The notes under the pieces were generated by a model. It was not told the DNA's origin. It saw only the letters and a list, made by a program, of their open reading frames with translations, and did not search any database. Of a stretch of DNA of 64,000 nt, positions 59,203 through 64,000 are shown piece after piece. Position 1 is the stretch's first letter; each line of letters starts with the position of its first letter. Position numbers and translations under genes: made by a program. Origin of the DNA: an uncultured Gemmatimonadales bacterium (GTDB lineage Bacteria; Gemmatimonadota; Gemmatimonadetes; Gemmatimonadales; GWC2-71-9); contig CAVSLV010000001.1 of NCBI GenBank assembly GCA_963728915.1, forward strand, positions 1,376,001 through 1,440,000, given 5' to 3'.

Positions 59203-60705
59203 ATGAATCTGCGCATTCCCCGACCCGTCCGGGCCCTCCTGGCCTGTCTGCTTTTCGTCGTGGCCGCGAGCGGCTGGGTTCTGCGGCCCGACCTGGTTCG
59301 CGCGCTGCGGGGCCGGCCCACCGGGGATGATGCCCTGGTCGAACGGGTGCTGGCCATCATCCGGCAGCACTATGCGGATTCCCTCGGCGAGCGCGATTTG
59401 CGGCTCCGCGCGATCGAGGGCATCCTGCGGAGTCTCCCGGACAAATACTCCTCCCTCCTGACCGAAGGCGAGCTCAAGGGCTACACCGACCTGCTCGAGG
59501 GAAGCGCCGGGGACGTCGGGTTGCGGCTGCTCGACGGGCCGCTCGGATTGACCGTGGAGGAAGTGGGATCCGGCTCGCCGGCCGAGGACCACGGGTTCCG
59601 GCCGGGAGACCGGGTGCTCGCGATTGAGGACGCACCGGCCCGGAGCTGGTCGGCGCTCCGGGGTGAGCAAGCCCTCCGCGGGGAGCCGGGCTCCACGGTG
59701 CGGGTCCGGATCCGGCACCCCGGCGAGAGCCAGGTCGTCATCGAAACCCTCCGGCGGGAGCGCGCCCAGCGACTCCATCCGCTGAGCCGGCTGCTCGGTG
59801 CCGGGATCGGATATCTCCGGATCGGCTCCATAACCCGCGGCACCGCCGACGCGGTCTCCACCGCGATGAATGCCCTGGTGAGCGATGGAGCGCGAGCGCT
59901 GGTGCTCGATCTGCGGAACAATCCCGGCGGCCTGCTGAGCGAGGCCACCGCCCTGCTGGATCGGTTGCTCGACGCCGGCGCCACGATGGGCACGGTGGAA
60001 GGCCGGGGAAACCCCAGGAGCCAGCGGATCGTCGCGACCGGCGGACAGCGCTGGCCCGGGGTGAGAGTGGTGGTCCTGGTCAATGCCGCGACCGCATCGG
60101 CCGCGGAGATCATCGCGGCGGGACTCAAGGAGAACGGTCGCGGCACCGTGGTCGGCGAGCATACCTACGGCAAGGGAATGATGCAGAGCACCGTGCGACT
60201 GGACACCGGGGCCGCGGTCAAGATCAGCACTGCCCGCTGGCTCACTCCCTCGGGAAGCTCACTCAACAGCAGCCCGGGCGCGAAAGGCGGCATCGAACCC
60301 AACCTGGTGGTCCCGCCCTGGCAGCCCTCTCCCGGAGACTTGATGCTGGCCCGGTCGATCGGATCGCAGGCCGATCTCTTCCGCCAGCTCTTCGAGATCG
60401 CCGTCGCCCGAAAGGAGTGGGCCCCCCGGCCCGCCGAGGATACCCTGCCTCCCCGTCCGGGGCCGTTTCAGAAACTGGCAAAGCGATTGAACCGGGGCGG
60501 CATCACGATCAGGAGTGATCAGCTCGCCAAGGGCGAGGCCCTGCTGCGTCAGGAGTATGCGGTGCTCTTCGCCGCGCAGGGGCTGGTGCGAATCGCCGTC
60601 CCGCCGAACGGAGGTCCGGTCCTCCCCGACGCCCAGCTCGCGGCCGCGGTGCGGCTGCTTCAGACCGGAGTGGGATCGGGCGAGGGAGGGGCGGGGATGC
60701 GGTAG
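59203..60705 (+). CDS. S41 family C-terminal processing peptidase (PDZ)
   Basis: LDLRNNPGGLL, TASAAEI, GEHTYGKG and GIEP motifs. Confidence 0.9.
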   Translation: MNLRIPRPVRALLACLLFVVAASGWVLRPDLVRALRGRPTGDDALVERVLAIIRQHYADSLGERDLRLRAIEGILRSLPDKYSSLLTEGELKGYTDLLEGSAGDVGLRLLDGPLGLTVEEVGSGSPAEDHGFRPGDRVLAIEDAPARSWSALRGEQALRGEPGSTVRVRIRHPGESQVVIETLRRERAQRLHPLSRLLGAGIGYLRIGSITRGTADAVSTAMNALVSDGARALVLDLRNNPGGLLSEATALLDRLLDAGATMGTVEGRGNPRSQRIVATGGQRWPGVRVVVLVNAATASAAEIIAAGLKENGRGTVVGEHTYGKGMMQSTVRLDTGAAVKISTARWLTPSGSSLNSSPGAKGGIEPNLVVPPWQPSPGDLMLARSIGSQADLFRQLFEIAVARKEWAPRPAEDTLPPRPGPFQKLAKRLNRGGITIRSDQLAKGEALLRQEYAVLFAAQGLVRIAVPPNGGPVLPDAQLAAAVRLLQTGVGSGEGGAGMR

Positions 60706-60717
60706 GGCGGGAAGCAG

Positions 60718-61778
60718 CTAGGACTTCCTGCGCGACGCCTCCACCACCGCGTCGAGCAGTGGTTCGGCGCTGAACCGCACCGGATCGGTACAAGGCAAGC
60801 CGGTTTCCGCCGCCGCCTTCCGACAGACTTCCTCCGCCATCTCATCGGAAAGATCGTAGGTGTTCATCGAGATCCCGATCACCTTCGTCGGGTGCACCGC
60901 GCTTCCGATCAGCTCGTACATCTTCACGTAGTCGGAAAGGGGTGGAATCCGGAGCCAGGGACTCCCCCGGTATTCTCCGACATACTCCCGGGACGGCTGA
61001 TGACAGAGAATCAGCGCGTCGGGACATGACCCGTGAAGAAGACCCACGGTCACCCCGGAATAGCCCGGGTGGTTGATGCTCCCCTGCCCTTCCACCAGAA
61101 CCACGTCGGCGTTCTTCGCTCCCTCCAGCACCAATTCTTCGGCTGCCCCGGCGATGAAATCGGCCACCACCGCGTCCACCGCGGTCCCCCAGCCTTCGAG
61201 GAAGATGCCGGTCTGCCCGGTGGCCACGAACCGGGCCCGTAACCCGCGCTCCTTGAGTCCCGCAACGAGCTGGAGCTGGGCGGTCATCTTGCCCACGTTG
61301 CAGTCGGTGCCCACGGTCAGGACCACGAGCGGGGCGACGGTGCGGGCCATCCCCGCCGCGACCGGAAGCCGCGGGGGGGACGCCGGACATCGCGGATCTG
61401 CCGGCCGTTCGCTTTGGCCCGCTCGGCGAGGACCGGATCGTCCCCGAGGAAGGTGTGCAGCCCGCTCCAGAGATCGCACCCCGCGTCCAGAGCATCGGCC
61501 AGCCAGCCTTGCCACTCATCGGGCAGGCGGCCTCCCGAGGGAGCGATGCCGATCAGCACCGCGGTCGGGTTGCGGCGAAGGCCTTCATCCATCGAACCCA
61601 ACACCGGAATGCCTCCGCCGAAGCCGAGCACATCCTGCACCGTCTGCCCCGCATGCTGTCGGTCCACCACCCCCACCACCTGATCGGGGAGGTAGCGGAT
61701 CACGGAGTTGGCGGTCTTGGACGTTTCGGGGGAGAACTCGTTGTCGGCGAGGATCAGGAATTTCGGCTGGGAAGGCAT
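60718..61778 (-). CDS. DUF1611 family protein, frameshifted in a G7 run at ~61375
   Basis: KTA...IGIAP.GG.LP (first frame) joins VGTDCNVGKMT, ATGQTG and EGQGS (second frame). Confidence 0.85.
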
Positions 61779-61789
61779 GCGGGAAAGTA

Positions 61790-61880
61790 AGTCGGGAGGT
61801 CGGAAAGTCGGAAAGTCGGAAGGTCTGGTAGCGGAACCAGAGCTCCGGCCTCCAGACCTTCAGACCTTCAGACCTTCCCG
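61790..61880. repeat. 8-nt-periodic hairpin downstream of pspA
   Basis: (GTCGGAAA/G)n arm and complementary (CAGACCTT)x3 arm. Confidence 0.8.
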
Positions 61881-62639
61881 CTATCGCTCTCCGTTCTCCA
61901 GCAGCTCGGCGTCGTGAATGTCCGGCTTGCCCCCCTTGCCGAGCGCCTTGGTTTCCTGTCCGGCGCCGAGCACGCCCATCTTGGCCTTGAGCTCGAGGAG
62001 CTGCTGGTCCACCGGCCCTTTGTATTCCAGCTTCTTGAATTGCTCGATCAGATCGTCGGACTGAAACTCCTGCTGGATTTCCGCGGCGGCGAGCGCTTTC
62101 CGCTCGATCGCTTCGATCTTCTCCGACATCCGTTCGAACGACTCGAAGGCGCTCTTGTCGTTCATCCCGGCCATGGTGGCCTGGATGCGCTGCTGGGCCT
62201 CGGCCCGCTTGGCCCGGGCGACCAGAATGTTCTTCTTCCGCTTGGCTTCCTCGATCTTGTCGTTCAGCTGGCGAAGCTGGACCTTGAGGTTGTCCGTGTC
62301 GGCCTTGTGCTTGACCCAGGTCTCGTGGAGCTGCTGGGCTCCCTGAAGCGACTCGTTGTACCGCACCAGGGCCTGGGTCGCGAGGTCGTCGCGTCCCTCC
62401 TGGACCGCGAGCATGGCCCGGCGCTCCCAGTCCTCCGCCTGTTTCTTGAGTCCTTCGGCGTCGGCCTGGAGCTTCTTTTCATCGGCGATGGCCGCGGCGG
62501 CCTCTTGTTTGGCCTTGGCGAGCTGCGACTTCATGTCGATGATGAGCTGATTCAGCATCTTCTCGGGATTTTCCGCCCGGGAGATGAGATCGTTGATGTT
62601 CGACCGCAGCATAGTCGAGAACCGCTCGAAGATTCCCAT
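61881..62639 (-). CDS. pspA: PspA/IM30 family protein
   Basis: MGIFERFSTMLRSNINDLISRAENPEKML.Q; A..AV.EGRDDLA; FERM.EKI. Confidence 0.93.
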   Translation of the reverse strand: MGIFERFSTMLRSNINDLISRAENPEKMLNQLIIDMKSQLAKAKQEAAAAIADEKKLQADAEGLKKQAEDWERRAMLAVQEGRDDLATQALVRYNESLQGAQQLHETWVKHKADTDNLKVQLRQLNDKIEEAKRKKNILVARAKRAEAQQRIQATMAGMNDKSAFESFERMSEKIEAIERKALAAAEIQQEFQSDDLIEQFKKLEYKGPVDQQLLELKAKMGVLGAGQETKALGKGGKPDIHDAELLENGER

Positions 62640-62642
62640 CGC

Positions 62643-63038
62643 TTACCTTTCCCGATACGGCGCCAGGGCGCCCAGATGCGATGCCAGCGCGAGCGTCATG
62701 GAGTCGAAGCTCGCCTCGAATTCGGTATAGTCCAGGTTCTCCAGCTCCAGCGCGTCGGTCAGGACCACGTGCCCCCCTTCCAGGCCGTAGGAGCCATGGA
62801 GGAGGTCCCGCGCGTTGAACTCCAGCAGCTTCTGGAAGAGCCCGGACCGTTTGCCGTCCTCTGCGGGGGGCTCCATAACCCGCATTCGGAGGAGGACCAC
62901 CGGGGGCGCGTAGTTCACCACCACCTCCGCCCCGTTCTGGGTCTTGACCCGCCAGAGCCCCGAGGAAAGCTCGGTGACCTCGGCCGACCCGCCGTCGAGC
63001 CTCTCGATGAACGACTGAATATCCTCTTTGGTCACCAT
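62643..63038 (-). CDS. YbjN/CesT (T3S chaperone-fold) protein
   Basis: LFQKLLEFNA..LLHGSYGL...VVLTDALELENLD..EF. Confidence 0.75.
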   Translation of the reverse strand: MVTKEDIQSFIERLDGGSAEVTELSSGLWRVKTQNGAEVVVNYAPPVVLLRMRVMEPPAEDGKRSGLFQKLLEFNARDLLHGSYGLEGGHVVLTDALELENLDYTEFEASFDSMTLALASHLGALAPYRER

Positions 63039-63072
63039 CGTGGCGCTGTTCTCCTGTCGGCTAGGGTCCGGC

Positions 63073-63429
63073 CTAGAATTTACCCTGCTCCCGGCTGGGA
63101 TCGCGGGGCAATCCTGCCAGAAGCCGTTCCGAGAAATCCACCCGCTCTTCCAGCTCCTGCATCCGGATCCGGAGCTCGTCCAGCTCGCCGAGCACCTGGT
63201 CGGGCACCTCGTTCGGAGCCGGAGGATTCCGCAGGCCCATCCGCTGGGCCAGCGCCTTCCCGATCGGTCCAGCCAGGATGGCGGCACTCGCGAGCGCGCC
63301 GATGATGCCGACCGGGATGGCGAACCCCGGGCCGAGGCGAATGGCCATCACCGCGTAGGCGGCAATCCCCACCATGGCAATCCAGGCCGCCGAAATCGTG
63401 ATCGCGGTTGCGTGTCTGGACTCATCCAT
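63073..63429 (-). CDS. Small membrane protein with a coiled coil (PspB-like), paralog 3
   Basis: Two TM helices, GPIGKALA and ELEERVDFSERLL. Confidence 0.75.
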   Translation of the reverse strand: MDESRHATAITISAAWIAMVGIAAYAVMAIRLGPGFAIPVGIIGALASAAILAGPIGKALAQRMGLRNPPAPNEVPDQVLGELDELRIRMQELEERVDFSERLLAGLPRDPSREQGKF

Positions 63430-63712
63430 GGGCAGGCCTCACCGGCAGCGCCCGCTCGGGATCGGCTTCCGGGCGGGCAAGCATCCGCTCGGCAAAATCA
63501 AGTCGCTCCTCCAGCTCGGTCATCCGGGCCTGCGCCGTTTCGAGGTCGAGGAGCCGGTGCTCCAACTCTGCAAGGCGAGCCGTGCCGGCCTCGTCAGTCG
63601 TCCCGCTCCCGGTCACGGTCCCGGCGATGCGCCGGCCGATGGCACGGCCAATCGGGCCCGCCAGGAAGGCGACGATCACGATCGTCAGGCCGGTGGTCTC
63701 GGGGCCCGTCAT
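63422..63712 (-). CDS. Small membrane protein with a coiled coil (PspB-like), paralog 2
   Basis: TM helix, GPIGRAIG and ELEERLDFAERML. Confidence 0.75.
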   Translation of the reverse strand: MTGPETTGLTIVIVAFLAGPIGRAIGRRIAGTVTGSGTTDEAGTARLAELEHRLLDLETAQARMTELEERLDFAERMLARPEADPERALPVRPAHG

Positions 63713-64000
63713 CCGGAGCGAACATCCGCCGAACCCAGCTTCGGCCGATCGACTTCGCGAGCCAGCAACCGCTCGGTGAAATCCAATCGTTCCTCGAGCT
63801 CCATTACCCGTGCCTGGCCGGCTTCCAGGTCCGACACCCGCTGCTCCAGCTCCACGATCCGTTCCGCGGCCATCTCACCGGTAGTCACTCCGGATCGATG
63901 CACCTTCCGGAGACTGATGTACCGGCGGATGGCAAACAGAACCAGGGAGGCGGTGATGATGATCGACGCGATTGCCGCCGCCTCTTCACCGTTGTGAGCG
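63709..64000 (-). CDS. Small membrane protein with a coiled coil (PspB-like), paralog 1; start may lie beyond the window
   Basis: Hydrophobic stretch followed by ELEERLDFTERLL. Confidence 0.7.
   Translation of the reverse strand, partial: AHNGEEAAAIASIIITASLVLFAIRRYISLRKVHRSGVTTGEMAAERIVELEQRVSDLEAGQARVMELEERLDFTERLLAREVDRPKLGSADVRSG

Overview
High-GC bacterial chromosome segment, most likely Gemmatimonadota (inferred from the EF-Tu effector loop '[19 protein letters not shown]', RpoB/RpoC inserts and small 'ELEERLDFAERLL' proteins). Bases 1-25.8 kb are the core translation/transcription cluster on the minus strand: tRNA Thr-Tyr-Gly-Thr, tuf, rpmG, secE, nusG, rplKAJL, rpoBC, then rpsL, rpsG, fusA and a second tuf. 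About 7.4 kb of accessory genes lie between rpoC and rpsL: two tandem leishmanolysin-like metalloprotease lipoproteins, a coiled-coil repeat protein, a broken CarboxypepD-type gene and a small-ORF/nucleotidyltransferase pair. After cysS, a ~30.6 kb block (28.45-59.1 kb) looks like a low-oxygen adaptation island. It carries Hsp20, MgtA, a Thermus-order V/A-ATPase, DUF2892, CBS and USP proteins, an ArsR/RND module, MgtC-DUF4010, a P1B-5 ATPase and a ba3-type oxidase. It also encodes a two-component pair in which a DosS/DosT-like heme GAF is fused to a HisKA kinase and partnered with an OmpR-family regulator. Triple TGAAG-like direct repeats at 11-bp spacing sit upstream of four island transcription units, with a weaker fifth site. 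This is my best candidate for an undescribed system. The window ends with an S41 peptidase, DUF1611 and a pspA operon with three tandem PspB-like paralogs. Many single-base frameshifts cluster at 37.9-44.2 kb and are probably sequencing errors. All family calls are from motif recognition; no database search was run.
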